This document shows, one piece after another, positions 11,751 through 24,829 of a stretch of DNA of 64,000 nucleotides. Both the position numbers and the translations under genes were made by a program. The stretch spans positions 22,013,280-22,077,279 of the forward strand of contig MU054187.1 in NCBI GenBank assembly GCA_013239625.1, written 5' to 3'. Below the pieces are notes generated by a model. That model was not told the DNA's origin. It did no database searches and saw nothing but the letters and a program-made list of their open reading frames with translations. The first letter of the stretch is position 1. Each line of letters opens with the position of its first letter. The stretch is from Lama guanicoe. Lineage: Eukaryota.

Positions 11751-12446
11751 CACTATGTTCTGCTACCTCTGGGGGTACTTATCTCTGTAGTGAAGCTCCA
11801 GACTCTCTGAGGCTCTAATAGTCTATTATTTTAATTTTTGGCCAAGTATATTGAGTTTTTAAGTATGGGTCTGAATTGAGTGGAAGAAAAAAAATTTATT
11901 TAATTCTATTAGTTATTGTAACACAGAAAAGCACAGAAAGTGATTTGTGATCCAATACATTCATACAACATTACTTAGCAAAAAATTACTGCTCAGGACA
12001 TGTTAACAGATTTTGAAGTGGCATGTTATCACTTATCAATTGATAACATTTGGTTTGGTATGAGTGCTTACTATCCCATTTCATCTTTTTTGCTTGTTTG
12101 TTGGTAATACCCTAAATTTCCCACGTAAGCCTTAAGTACTCAGCTTAAGGCTCAGAGAAGAGTGTGTCATCTATGCCTGAATCAAGTGGAGTGTTCCATC
12201 AACTTAACTGCATGACTCAGCTCAGATCAATGAGGGTCCTGAAATTCTACTGCCTTTGCACTCAGAAGGATAGAGGGATGCAGCTGCTGGCAGGTGTTGT
12301 GCTATCCCATGGACCCTGGATTGAAGCCAGTGGAGAGAAGAAGAGCAGAAGAACAGAAAAAAAATCCAACCAATATAGTAGCAAAGTTACTACATGTGAC
12401 TTCTTTTATATTCAGTGCTACTCAAACTTGAGAATAAGTATGCTCT

Positions 12447-12594
12447 GGGGGGAGGGTATAGCTCAGTGGTAGAGTGTGTGCCTAGCATGCGTGAGGTCCT
12501 GGGTTCAATCCCCAGTACTTCCATTAAAAAAATAAATAAATAAACCTAATTACCTCCCCCACCAAAAAAAAAAAAATCACCCCCTCTCCAATAA
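12447..12594 (+). mobile_element. Camelid tRNA-Ala-derived SINE (Vic-1-like)
   Basis: ggggggagggtatagctcagtggtagag...gggttcaatccccagtacttcca, (aaat)n, aaacctaattacctcccc. TSD agaataag(t/c)atg(c/t)tct at 12431-12446 and 12595-12610. Confidence 0.95.
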
Positions 12595-13899
12595 AGAATA
12601 AGCATGTTCTCAAGACCTCGCTTCATGAAGGATCCAAATTTGACTAATGTTAAACTTTTTAAGAAAGTAAGTCTTTTCTTCCCCCAGATTCAGGGCATAT
12701 TTGCAGTGGGAACAGTCCTCCAGTGCTGGCAAGAGATTTCTTGGCACACGAAGTCTTCAAATTGGTCTGTAATCTCACGGAGAAAGAAATACCTGTGTGT
12801 TTTGGATGGAGGTGATCCTTTTATCACTCACATGGACAGTGACTATAAACTTTAACATTTCTCTCTAAGGGAAAGAAAGGGCAAGGGAAAAGTGTTTCAA
12901 GCCAAATCTGAACTGAAAAACAACAAAAAAGCCAAGGAGCAAGCAGAATGATAGAAAAATCAAGAATAGTCTCCTATATTTTCAAATGCCCAGAATTCCA
13001 TTAACCAGAATGTTCCACTAATCAGCATAGCTACTGAGCCAAGCGCTGGAATTATTATTTTATGTAATGACAATCCTGAACCACTACTGTAAGATCCCAT
13101 CATGTATCAGACTGACTTTGGCTCTGATGACTTCCGTTGAAGCACTCCTGACTTACATCCCAATTATACACTCCTACAGAATGGGTGTCTGCTCTTGGAC
13201 CTTTCTCAGCATAGTCATAGAAAAAAAAAAATCAAAAGGGAAAGAAAACAAGGACCAGGGTAGGCAGATGGGGATGGTGAGTGTGAAGAACTTGCACAGA
13301 AATCTTGAGTGCATGCAACCTACTTAGACACAGCCTGAGATAATAGCAGTGATTTCCTCTGGAGGACAAAAAATACTCAAAGAATTACCAGGTGCTGGCA
13401 GAAGAGGTGTGAGGCAAGCTGTGAAAATAGCACATTTACAGGGGGGTTGTTGCGATTTGCAATCTTAATGAAGCATATTTTCTGCCTTCATGAAACAAGA
13501 GCCAGATGTGCTGTTATTCCCACAGTTGAACAACTTTTTTTATGAAACCTAGAATAAATAAAATGCATCTAATTCATTTATGATCAAAACAAAGCCATCC
13601 TATTAAAAGAATGCTTATTTTCTCTAGTGGGGTTTCTTCTTCTTTGTCAATATTTGTTATTCCAATCAGGTAATTAAGCGATTGCGGTACACCCAAGTAA
13701 ATACATTTTGTTAGCTCTCTCAATTAGGTGATAATTTATTTAACGTTCCCATAAAGGAGCCTGTCTCATACTCCCCTTACACATTGCAGTTATGTCTATC
13801 AGTCTTACCACCTATTCTGTAATTACTCGCTGCATTTCTCTTTCTCTGACTCCTACTGGGCTGTGAACACCATGAGGTATGGACTTCATTATGAGCAGG

Positions 13900-14410
13900 G
13901 CTAATACTTATTGAGTGTTCACTTATGTGCCAGGTCTTATTTTGTGTCGGATCAATCATTTAATTTATCCTCACAAAACCTTATGATGTCCATACTATCA
14001 GTATTCTCATTTTAGCAGTAAGGAAATTTAAACTCGGAGACATTCATTAGTTTGAGTTCACAAAGGAAGCTAGGAAGTAGAAGATCTAAGATATGAACCC
14101 AGGCAACTTGACCCCAATGGTCTTGCTCTTAATCACAATGCTGTGTTGGCAATGAAGTCGCTGTGTTGATTACAACCAAGAGTATTAAGAGTTAATGTTT
14201 ATTGTATGCTTATTATGTACTGGGAAAGTACACCAAGCCCTTTATATTTATTCATTTAGTTTTTTACAATGCTATGAGGTGAATACTAATATTATCCCTA
14301 TTTTATAGATGAGGAAACAAAGGGAGGTCAAATGACAGAGCCAGAATTAGAACCATGGCTATCTGGCTCTGGAGTTTTCAGCCCCTTACAATTCTGTGAT
14401 ATGCTACTAT
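13900..14410 (-). mobile_element. Two tandem MIR elements
   Basis: acttattgagtgttcacttatgtgccagg...atcctcacaaaaccttatga; second copy atgtttattgtatgcttattatgtac...attatccctattttatagatgaggaaac. Confidence 0.75.
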
Positions 14411-15001
14411 CACACCGCTAGGATGCTGGGATCCATAACAGGTTAGTTTTACCTCTAGACACCAGGACTAGGAAGAGTTCCTAGGATATTTAAGGTTGGT
14501 GCAGGCTGTGAGCGCCTCCTATGTAACTCAGCCTGTGCAGTGCTGCCATCATATATTATCACACTTACTCCTAACTGTACCCAGTGGGAAAGGTATAAGC
14601 ACCTGCACTTACAGGTGAGGCTCAGCAGGTGCTGACAGTTGAACACTATCTACCTGAGTTTCTTGGTAAACAAGACAAATGAAAAACAAAAATGGATGTG
14701 GTTGTCATTGCCTGATAAAGGAAAATACATCTGAAAAGACATATATTTTTTTCTTGATTCTGGATTTAAGAAAAGTATCTTTAAAAGAAATATGTTTTTC
14801 TTTCCCATACTACCAGGCTTAGCGACAGTTCAGAGATGGGGAACAATCCAACAGTATTAGAAACTCAGATTTCCACTGGTTTTATCATTCTGACTTCAGG
14901 GTTTCTGATTTTCCCCTCTTCGTGAGGATGCTAGGCAGTTCAAAATTTTGTCATCTTCTGCTACTGTTCTTCCAAAGGCACTTCTGGTCTTGTTACTAGT
15001 T

Positions 15002-15125
15002 TTCATTCATTCAATCAGCAATTATTAATTGAGCATCTACTATGTGCCAGAAAATTTCTGGGTACTAGGGATTAAAAATAAGTGAACAGCATACATGGCC
15101 CCTGCTCTGTTGGAATTTATACCTT
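15002..15125 (-). mobile_element. L2 3' end
   Basis: ttcattcattcaatcagcaaa...ttgagcatctactatgtgccag...ggcccctgctct. Confidence 0.75.
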
Positions 15126-15296
15126 GACAATGGCCAATGGCTGGACAGAGGGACATTTGAGTGACATTGTTCTGTCTCACCCTCATCCAAGTGTTGCTTG
15201 TATGTGGTGCTCAAATCCAAACTTTGCTTGTTTATATTCCAACAAGTAGAAACAAGGGAGAACTGTCTTCACCTCCCCAGTGTGTGCTTGTTGTAC

Positions 15297-15430
15297 TTTT
15301 TAGATTCCACATATAAGTGATATCACACAGTACTGGTCTTTCTCTGTGTGACTTTTTTGATTTAGAATAGTGTATAGTATAGTATAGTATAACACCCTCC
15401 AAATTTATTCAAGTTGCTGCAAATGGCAAA
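15297..15430 (-). mobile_element. Short L1 3' fragment
   Basis: ttttagattccacatataagtgatatcac...gttgctgcaaatggc, matching the other L1 copies in the window. Confidence 0.8.
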
Positions 15431-16167
15431 CATATATTTGCTGTTGAATGAACAGAAAATGTGTATGATCTAGAAAGTAACCTTCGAGTTAGAAGGGCTG
15501 GCAGTTTCTCCTGATAGTATATTTTACCAAATCCTAGTCCAGACACAGGGCTAATTTTACTCCATACTTGTTCATCGGCTAGGTAAAATCCTCCTCGTCT
15601 TTTCTCATTCAAAGGAATAAACCGGAAATAAATGTACAATGCTCAGAATGAAGTCAATGAAATATTTAAGAAATGTAATTCTGTTTGATTTTTATTATCC
15701 TGAAAGATTTTGACACTGCTTTAAAATCTATCATCTGAAGTTTTCAGAAATATTCCCATAAAACACAAAACATTCCTCTCAACTTAAAGGGCAGAATTTA
15801 TTTTCAGGAAGAACTTTTTACAAGCATGGGCCTGGGTTCTAATAGATTCCTGAACAGGAATGAGTGTGAATGACAACAGACCTTCACCCTTGGTTTTCTT
15901 CAATCCTTTGATCATGTTCTGTGATCATTGTTCTGTGATTTTATTCCAAGTAATTTTGTTTTGACAACTTTTCATGTTCTAACATAAAGACTTCATTAGC
16001 TGGGCTAGTTCTGGTAACTCTTAACTTTTTTCACCCCTACTTCAACAAGTATGGCAAGTGATGTTCCAATTTGGGACACAGTCTTATGGAGATGCCTATG
16101 GCTATGTATAATTCTCAAAGGATAACTAAAGATGTCACCCCTTCCTTCTCTTTCAGGAAAGCATATA

Positions 16168-16540
16168 TGCTATAGACTGAATTTTTGTGTCCCCCGCAAA
16201 GTTTATATGTTGAAGCCCTAATGCCCAATGAGATGATAATTGGAGATGGGGCCTTTGGGAGATAAGTAGTTCAGAGGGTTGAGCCCTCATGAATAGGATC
16301 AGTTATCTTTAAAAGAAAAGACATGACAGAGATGATGTCTCTCTCTCTCTCAGCCATGTGAGGATACAACCAGAAGACCGCTTTCTACAAGCCAACAAGT
16401 GGACTTTCACTAGCCACTGAGTCTGCTGGCACCTTGATTTTGGATTTCTATCTTCCAGAACTGAGAGAAATAATACTTGTTGCTCAAGTCACCTACTCTG
16501 TGGTATTTGTTATAGCAGCTGGAGCTGATATACTAAAGAA
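16168..16540 (+). mobile_element. MaLR LTR (MLT1A-like)
   Basis: tgctatagactgaat...tgtgtccccc...atatgttgaagccctaa start; gctggcaccttgattttggatttc...ccagaactg; ...tgtggtatttgttatagcagc end. Confidence 0.88.
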
Positions 16541-16593
16541 TTTTGGTGGGAATAACATAGGGACAAACTTGAATGATTTCTAATTATAAAAAG

Positions 16594-17030
16594 TTCTCCA
16601 GGCCCACCCATGTTGCTGCAAATGGCATTATCGTCATTCTACATGATGTAAGCCAGAAAAAGAAAGAAAAATACCATATGATATCACTCATATGTGGAAT
16701 CTAAAAAAAAAAAGACACAAATGAACTTATTTATAAAACAGAAACAGACTCACAGACATAGAAAACAAACTTATGGTTACCAGGGGGGAAAGGGGGTGGG
16801 AAAGGATAAATTGGGAGTTCGAGATTTGCAGATACTACTGTACATAAAATAGATAAATAACAAGTTTTTACTGTACAGCACAGGGAACTATATTCAATAT
16901 CTTGTAGTAACCTATAATGAAAAAGAATATGAAAAGGAATTTATGTATATATAAAACTGTAATATTATGCTGTGCATCAGAAATTGACACAGCATCGTAA
17001 ACTGACTATACTTCAATAAAATAAATAAAT
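16594..17030 (+). mobile_element. L1 3' end with a short 5' inversion
   Basis: 16594-16631 is antisense L1; 16632 onward is sense L1 3' end finishing in cttcaataaaataaataaat. Confidence 0.88.
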
Positions 17031-17142
17031 ATATTTTAAAAATCCTCTAAAATTTTGGTCTAATTCATTACTACTAAAAAATTACTTACAACACACTGAT
17101 GTGAGAAAAAATGTGACTGAATTGTTAATCTAATTTACATAA

Positions 17143-17369
17143 TGTATTAATCAGGATTTTCCAGAGAAACAGAACTAATAGGATACATCCAAGTAAATGG
17201 AAAGACATTTATTATGAGGCATTGACGAACGTGGTCATGGAGGCTAAGAAGTTCATGATCTGCCATCTGCAAACTGGAGGCCCAGAAAAGTTGGCGATGA
17301 AGTTCTAGCCCAGATTCAAAGGCCTGAGAACCAGAAGAGCCAATGATATAAGTCCCAGTTCAAGTCCCA
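17143..17369 (-). mobile_element. ERVL LTR fragment (MLT2-like)
   Basis: tgtattaatcaggattttccagagaaacagaactaataggata is the reverse complement of the MLT2 3' end; also gatctgccatctgcaaactggaggcccag. Confidence 0.85.
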
Positions 17370-18700
17370 TCACCTACTTGAGGACATCTTTGTTGCTTCC
17401 AAGATTGGGCATTTATGAATAAAGCTGCTATAAACATCTGTTTATAACCTCTGTGCATTTTGTGTGTGTGTGTGTGTATGTGTGTGTGTGTGTGTGTTCA
17501 GATACATTTTCAACTCATTTGGGTAAATACCAAGGAGTGCAGTTGCTGGATCATATAGGAAGACTGTGCTTAGTTTTGTGAGAAAGAGTTAAACTGTCTT
17601 TCAAAGTGGCTGATCCACTTTGCTTTCCCACCAGCAATGAACAAGACTTCCGGTCACCCCACACCCTCACCAGCATTTGATGGTGTTCATGGTTTGGATT
17701 TTGACCTTTATAATAGGTGTATAGTGATATCTCTTTGTTGTCATAGTCTGCATTTCCCTGATGACATATGATATGAAACATCTTTTCATACGCTTTTACC
17801 ACCTGTATATCTTCTCTGGTAAGATGTCTGTTAAGGTCATTGACCAATTTTTTAAATTGGGGTATTTATTTTCTTATTGTCAAAGTTTAAACAGTTCTTT
17901 GTATATTTTGGATACCAGTTTTATCAGCTATATCTTTTTGCAAATATTTTTTCCCAGTCTGTGGCTTATCTTTTCATTCTCTTGACAGTGTCCTTCACAA
18001 AGAAGAAAAGTTTGATTTTAATAAAACACAGTATATTAATTCTTTTGTTCAAAGATCAGGACTTTGGTGTTTTATCTAATAAGTCATCACCAAACCCAAA
18101 GTCATCTAGATTTTCTCCTATGTTGCTTTCTAGGAGCTTTATAGTTTTATGTTTTACGTTTAAGTTTATGATCCTTTGTGGGTTAACTTTTGTGAAGGGC
18201 TAAAGTTTGTGTCTAGATTCTTTTTTTTTTTTTTGCATGTGAATATATAGTTGTTCCAACACTATTTGTTGAAAAGTCTATTTTTTACCCATTGTATGGC
18301 CTTTGATCCTTTGTCAAAGACTGGTTGACTATATTTATGTGAGTCTATTTCTGGCTTCCTATTTTGTACCATTGATCTATTTCTGCATTCTTTCACCAAT
18401 ACCACAAGGTCCTGATTACTGTAGCTTTTCCGTGAGTCTTGGAGTCAAGTAGGGTCAGTCCTCCAACACTTCTTTTCCTTCAATACTTTGCCGGCTATTC
18501 TGGGTCTTCTGCCTTACCAAATAAACTTTAGAATCAGTTTGTCAATATCCACAAAATAACTTCCCGTGATTTTAACTGAAATTGTATTGAATCCATAAAT
18601 CATGTTGAGATGAACTAATATCTTGAGCAATATTGGGTCTTCCTATCCATAAACATGGAATAGCTCTCCACTTATTTCATTTTTAAAAATTTCATTCATT
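17370..18700 (-). mobile_element. Old L1 ORF2 fragment (L1M-type)
   Basis: Antisense L1 motifs (ctttcccaccagcaatg; ctgcatttccctgatga; ttgttccaacactatttgttgaaaag; gattactgtagctt); (TG)n at 17461-17497. Confidence 0.9.
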
Positions 18701-18877
18701 TCACTATGCACAGTGAAAGCATCTAACACTCAACAAATATTGCACTCAATACATGTTCAACTGAATATATATGTAGGTAGGTTAGGCAGATATATAAATA
18801 TAAATGTATAGATATATCTTTTAAAAAATCACTGAGAACTCTTAGCCCCTTGAGAACCACACTGATACTCCATTCTT

Positions 18878-19679
18878 TCTTTTTTTTTTAACACTTTATA
18901 GCCATTTTACAATGTTGTGTCAAATTCCAGTGTAGAGCACAATTTTTCAGTTATACATGGACATATATATATTCATTGTCTCATTTTTTTTTTGCTGTGA
19001 GCTACCACAAGATCTTGTATATATTTCCCTGTGCTATGCAGTATAATCTTATTTATCTATCCTACATTTTGAAATCCCTGTCTGTTCCTTCCCACCCCCC
19101 ATCCCTTTAACCACAGTTTGTATTCTATGTCTATGAGTCTGTTTCTGTTTTGTATGCATATTCTTTTTTTTTAGATTCCACAGATGAGTGATATCATATG
19201 GTATTTTTCTTTCTCTTTCTGACTTACTTCACTTAGAATGACATTCTCCAGGGACATCCATGTTGCTGCAAATGGTGTTATGTTGTCATAGTATTCCATT
19301 GTATAAATATACCACATCTTCTTCATCCAGTCATCTGTTGATGGACATTTAGGTTGTTTCCACATCTTGGCTATTGTAAATAGTGCTGCTATGAACATTG
19401 GGGTGCAGGTGTCATTTTGAAGTAGGGTCCTTTCTGAATATATGTCCAGGAGTGGGATTCCGGGGTCATATGGTAAGTTTATTCCTAGGCTTTTGAGGAA
19501 TCTACACACTGTTTAGTGGCTGCACCAAACAGCATTCCCACCAGCAGTGTAGGAGGGTTCCCCTTTCTCCACAGCCTCTCCAGCATTTGTGGATTTTTGA
19601 ATGATGGCCATTCTGACTGGTGTGAGGTGATAGCTCATCGTAGTTCTGATTTTCATTTCTCTGATAATTAGTGACATTG
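18878..19679 (-). mobile_element. Relatively young lineage-specific L1 3' end
   Basis: ORF 19171-19509 is the L1 ORF2 C-terminus (CTPMFIAALFTIAKMWKQPKCPSTDDW). Poly-T start; 16-bp TSD ctgat(a/g)ctccattctt at 18862-18877 and 19680-19695. Confidence 0.95.
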
Positions 19680-21119
19680 CTGATGCTCCATTCTTAATCT
19701 TTCCTGAACACACTGTAAAACTAAATGCTCAACCCAGAACACTAAAAGATTACCAACAACATCCAAACAACCAAAAGGTGTTATTAACAAAAAGCCAAAA
19801 CATTTTGGAAGTTCTTCCCTCCAAACTTGAACTCGATTCTTCTGATAATCTGCTGACATCTGTTATTTTCACAGTTGGTTTGTACAGGCTGTTGGTTTTG
19901 GGGGAGTTTTTGTCTATTTGTTTGATTGCTTTTTAATTTTTTTCTCCTAAGTTTTATTGTTCATGTAATTTATGAGAATCCTAGGAGAATAGCTTGGAAA
20001 ATAATTATTTGCTGAATAAATATCACAAATATCTTATTCTGTTTGCTTTAAAAATGATTCCATAATAATTCACTAGACTCAACAGGTGTCTGGCTTCCAA
20101 TCAATTCTACATGGTACATAGGCAGAGAGAAGAGCATCCTGCAGGCTTTTTGTGAGCTACTTAAACTGTTTTTTGCCCCCTATTTCACTGAGTCCATAAC
20201 ATTGACTTCAGTTGTTACCATAGTGGAAATCAACTTCCAAATGGAATTAGTCTAGGGTCCTTCGATAGATTGGAAACGACGTAAGCACCTTGAGGGCAAG
20301 AATCAACTCATTTTGCATCTGCTCACACATCTTCTCCTCCCCCATCTTCTTTATGTGGCCTTGAACACAGTTATTTAAAAATTGCTTTCTGAGTAGTTGC
20401 CTGAAGTAATTATTCATATGGTCTTTTTAAAAGCAAGATATGACCAGAATAACTTTCAGTATCTTTGAAACTGTTGTAAATTTCAAGTGAAGTGGGCTTT
20501 GTTACTCATCTCATAAAAAGACATCTGATGTTAAATGTATCCATTAAAGAATGAGGACTTAAAAAATAGCTCAATTATATTAAAATATTGGGCAACCTTC
20601 ATATTCAACAGAAATACTAAACCAGCTATTAATGCAATGACTCTCTTTGATTGCACCTACACTCATTTTGACTATCACTATGGAAACCAGGGAACTGTCC
20701 TTAGTGAAACATAATAGACACTTTAAAAATAAAATTTAGCATCACCTGCAAATAATAGGCTCCAAATGAAAAGCTCTAGAAGCTATTTTTCTCTCCATTA
20801 GAGTCCTAAACATAATTAGTGTAATTCAGTTACCTAACAAAGAGCAGTGAGCTGCTTTTGAATAAAGAAATTTCTTCTCAATATTTTTTTTGGTTGGAAG
20901 AACTGTGAATAGCATGCTTTTTTCCCCTTCTGTTTGTCTTTCTGTTTATTCTGAACTAAGATGGACAAAAAAGAGAATACACTGTAATACGAGGAGTTCA
21001 AGTTATCCCAAACTTGGTTGACACAGGAAATGCTAGAAGTCTCATGAGAAAATTGGTTATATTTATAGAAGAAAAAGCATTTGGGAGTAAACTTTATATC
21101 AATTGATTTTCTTGTTTAG

Positions 21120-21232
21120 AATTACACTCATTGCTGAGAAGACTAAGTCCATCTGTTTGAGGGACATGGATGGGAATTTGGCTCCATCCAGCACTGGTGG
21201 TAGGTTGGAGCGAACTACTCGGTTCCTTGAGG
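21120..21232 (+). other. Candidate spliced exon of an unknown transcript
   Basis: Acceptor ttgattttcttgtttAG (AG at 21118-21119), donor GAGG|GTGAGT (GT at 21233), 113 nt, non-repetitive. No recognisable protein. Confidence 0.3.
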
Positions 21233-24200
21233 GTGAGTCTGTATACTGGTTGTCATTCTATTTTAAGCCTCTAACTGGAGGGTATAGGATAAGTGTTCGT
21301 GTCTACTGAATATTCAAAGAAAAGGCAAGTGAATATAAACAAATAAATGAAGGAAGCTAAATTCTCAGTATACGCCCAATGACAAAGCTCAGTTCAGCTA
21401 GCACTTGAAAAGGATTTCACGGTTACAGAGAAAAGACAAGAAATGAAAGGATATGATGCTGTCTTAGTTTATGATGAACTAACCCAATCCATTATTATTC
21501 ATGGCTGCACCAAGGATATTTTGGAAAAATAATGAGTTTTAATCCATATATCCCCAAAATTGGACCTAAGTGGTCTAAGGTATGATCCAGGCATTTCTTT
21601 GAGCAAAAGACTTGCATGTCTTCTCATTCCAAAGTTCTTACTTAGACCAAAGGGTCCAACCCAACAGCTTCAAAGAATAAGAAACAAGAAACAATGGCCA
21701 GTCCACTAGCCAGGATCTGCTTCTAATGTTGCAATAGTTTTTCAGGGTTCACAGGGGTCCTCTAATCCCGATAGAACACTCAAATGTGCTATTTTATGCC
21801 AAAGTAGGTTGAAATTCCCACGTAGAATTGTTCTTAGTGCTTAGCTCCTGTACTGCAAACACAGTCACTGTATCCCAGGCAGGCTGAGTCCTGTGCAGCA
21901 CAGCGCTCCTTCAGTATCCTCTCTGGACCTGAGGTCTTTACATGTAGCTCAGGTCTGTCTAGAAAAGAGCCTTTCCTGTGATGAGTTTCTTCTTTGGGCC
22001 CCTGTCAATCTTAGCTACCAACTGCCTCTCTCAGGAACATACCAGTCCATTGAACATTCTCGAAGCACTCTGAACCTCACTGGAAAGGCTTTGAGATCTG
22101 CATCTTTTCCTTTGAAATGGTTCTTTGGCCCCCAAGAAAAGCCAAATGTTCAAATTCATGTTTATGGAATGTACTTAATTTCACCCACCACCAGCATTTA
22201 TATCCCACATCCCTGCAAAAGTACGACACTATTCTCTTACTCTTAGTATATTTGCCCTATCTTTTCTTTTTCAAATTTAAAGGACCATTTGTTGACTATC
22301 ACTGAACAAATAAAATCTATGGAAAATGTGATTTAATTTCTACAGCTCTCAAAATAGAGGTTGTTAGCAGCTTTTAAGTGGTAATTCACTCACATAGAAG
22401 ACAACAAAATAAAACCAGTCCAGAACACTACAAAATTTGAAAAGTTCTCTGCTATGACTTGGCACGAATATAACCAATTTATCAACTGCTAAAGCTTTAT
22501 TGCAGAGTGATTCTATTTTCAGAAAAGAAAAAGTTGTTCTCTTATTTTTTAATTTGGGCGAAAAATTTTCTATTATAGATGTAGGAATGCAATTGTCAAA
22601 AAAAACCACCCTTATTTCTGAGAAAGCTGTGTTCATGTCATTTTATGACACTGTCAGAAAACTTGAGAGTAGATTTGCATTTTTTCACTTCACTTTTAAA
22701 TGATTTTATGTACATAAAATTTAACATTGCGTAACAATGTTGGTAAGTTGCTTGTAACTGTATTTGATCGTTTTTTGCCATGGACTTCTATCTGCTTTAA
22801 TTAATTGGCTGAAGTGAAAAATAGTACCAATTACCAACTGTATTTCGCCCTTGAAGTCTTGCATTTAGATGAGTGGCTATTATGTCAATTAAATAATAAA
22901 TAACTAGGGGCCCCATTATCCTTCTATTTAAAAAAAATCTGTAAGGGAACAGAAAACTACCATTCTGGTTTATAAAAGCACCAAGAGCTCAAAGCAGACA
23001 TGCAAAATCTTCTAAATGCCAAAGACACTTTCTGAAACATTTTTTTTAACATTCTCCCAATTTATAAACTAATGGCTGTGTTCTCAGTTGTGAGTATAGT
23101 GGATTTGCACATGGTGTCTAGCCTGCCCTCCTTCTTGTGGGCCTTTCTATGCAACAGAGGCTAAAAAACTCAAATTCCATTTTGAAGAAGCCCCTGCTGC
23201 CAAGGTCCTAGGTGTGATCACTGTCGCCCTGTTGAAAGGCGAGAACGAGGTGGAGATTATGCTTCCTTGCTTCTGCTTCTGCTGTTTATAGAGCTGTTTG
23301 GTTTTCCCACGGTGGCACTGGCAATGGTGCAAGGCCTGGGGGTTCATGGCAGTTGAGAGGCAGGACTTGAGCATCTATTTTTCCCACACGAGAGGAAGCA
23401 GACACTGTGGTCCGCATGACCAGCAGCTTCCTGACTGCGGTGGCTCCTGAGCACAGCATCCTTATTGTTGCAAAGAAGGTTTGGTTCTGGTGCCACTGCT
23501 CCCGTTTAGCAGGATACCAGAAGAGTACCCCAAAACAGTCCTGGAGTGTGTGTGTGTTTTACTTCGGTGAAAAATCTCATTTATATTTGGTAATAGATGA
23601 GGGGCATTAGATTTTACTAATTTCTTCTTTTGCAAGAGTATAAATATGGAGACGTGGGTGTGGGACTACATACCTTCAAACTGCTGTTACATGAAATCAT
23701 GCTACTTATAAGTATTCTTTGACTTTAAGCAGCATTAAGTCATTTGTAGAAGTCTGCACAAAAACACAGTAGATGTCACTCATGATAAGATTAGAGAAGA
23801 CTTTTCATTCTATTTGTATTCCTTTTTGTTTTACACATTTCTATATTGCTTTTATAATAACAGATATCTTTCAAGAGCAAAGTATATAACTGTTTAATAT
23901 AATGGAGCCAGCTTACCTGTCACACAACCATCTTGATTATAAATTACTGCGAATAGCCAAACCTACCACGTGATGATCCAGAGAGATCATTCAGACTTCT
24001 AAACGACTCTGAAAGCCAGCTGATACTCAGTAAAAGTCATTTTCCACTTAAAATACTTTTTTTTGCAACTGAACATTGATGGATGTTATATTAATACCTG
24101 ATTAGTACAGACTTGTTGTCAACGCTCCATTCTGCTTAGCCTCCTTTTAATTTTGTCTCTGCAGCTGAAAAAAAATCAAATTTTATCAGCTTTCATTGGT

Positions 24201-24420
24201 TCAATGAGCATTTGGATCTTGAAATCAGTATATCTGAAAAATCTTAGTATGCAAATCCCTGAGGGCTATGATGCCCTCAGCCGGTTCTGAATCCTGACTA
24301 GCTCATTTCCTCAACTAATAGGGGAGGAGGGAAAAAAAGAACAAAGTAGAACTTTTTTCCTTCAGGGTGATGGACTAAATCAGAAATGAGCTCAAGGAAA
24401 CTGAAAAGGTTAAATATATA

Positions 24421-24829
24421 TGCTAAAAGGTTAAAAAAAGTAAAAAGATGAACTGAAGAATGTTGAAAATTGTAAGAGTTTATTTGAGCAAAATCAGTTC
24501 AAATTGGGTAGCGTCCAATCTCACAGATAGAAAGAGCTCTGAGGACATGTACAAAATGAGAGATTTGAATAGGCAGAGGGAGCAGGAACAAGGAGGTTAC
24601 CCTAGGCAAAAAAGCAGGCTGGTGATTCCAAGATTACTGTCCTTTAGGGGATGACAGGGGTCTGTCAGGCAGATTGTGTAACTAGCGCTGAATCAGGTAA
24701 TTCCTGATCGACTGGTTTAAAAGATTCCACTCCTGGAGCCAAAACTATAATTAAGTCTCCGGTTGGGGCCGTCAGACTTCGTAGCATAAGCAAATCCATT
24801 TTGGGCCAGTTGTTTTGTTTTTAGCAACA
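24421..24829 (-). mobile_element. ERV1-type solo LTR
   Basis: tgctaaaa...ttttagca inverted ends; reversed polyA signal (gtttatttg at about 24478); TSD not resolved. Confidence 0.65.

Noticed and set aside
12447..12523. tRNA-Ala(AGC) genes (also at about 465, 28257 and 34158)
   Set aside because: Each continues into the same SINE body and tail, some have TSDs, and the stems are mutated. They are SINE heads, not tRNA genes.
19171..19509. 112-aa ORF as a gene (likewise 9027-9322 and 59900-60304)
   Set aside because: C-terminal remnants of L1 ORF2 in 5'-truncated copies.
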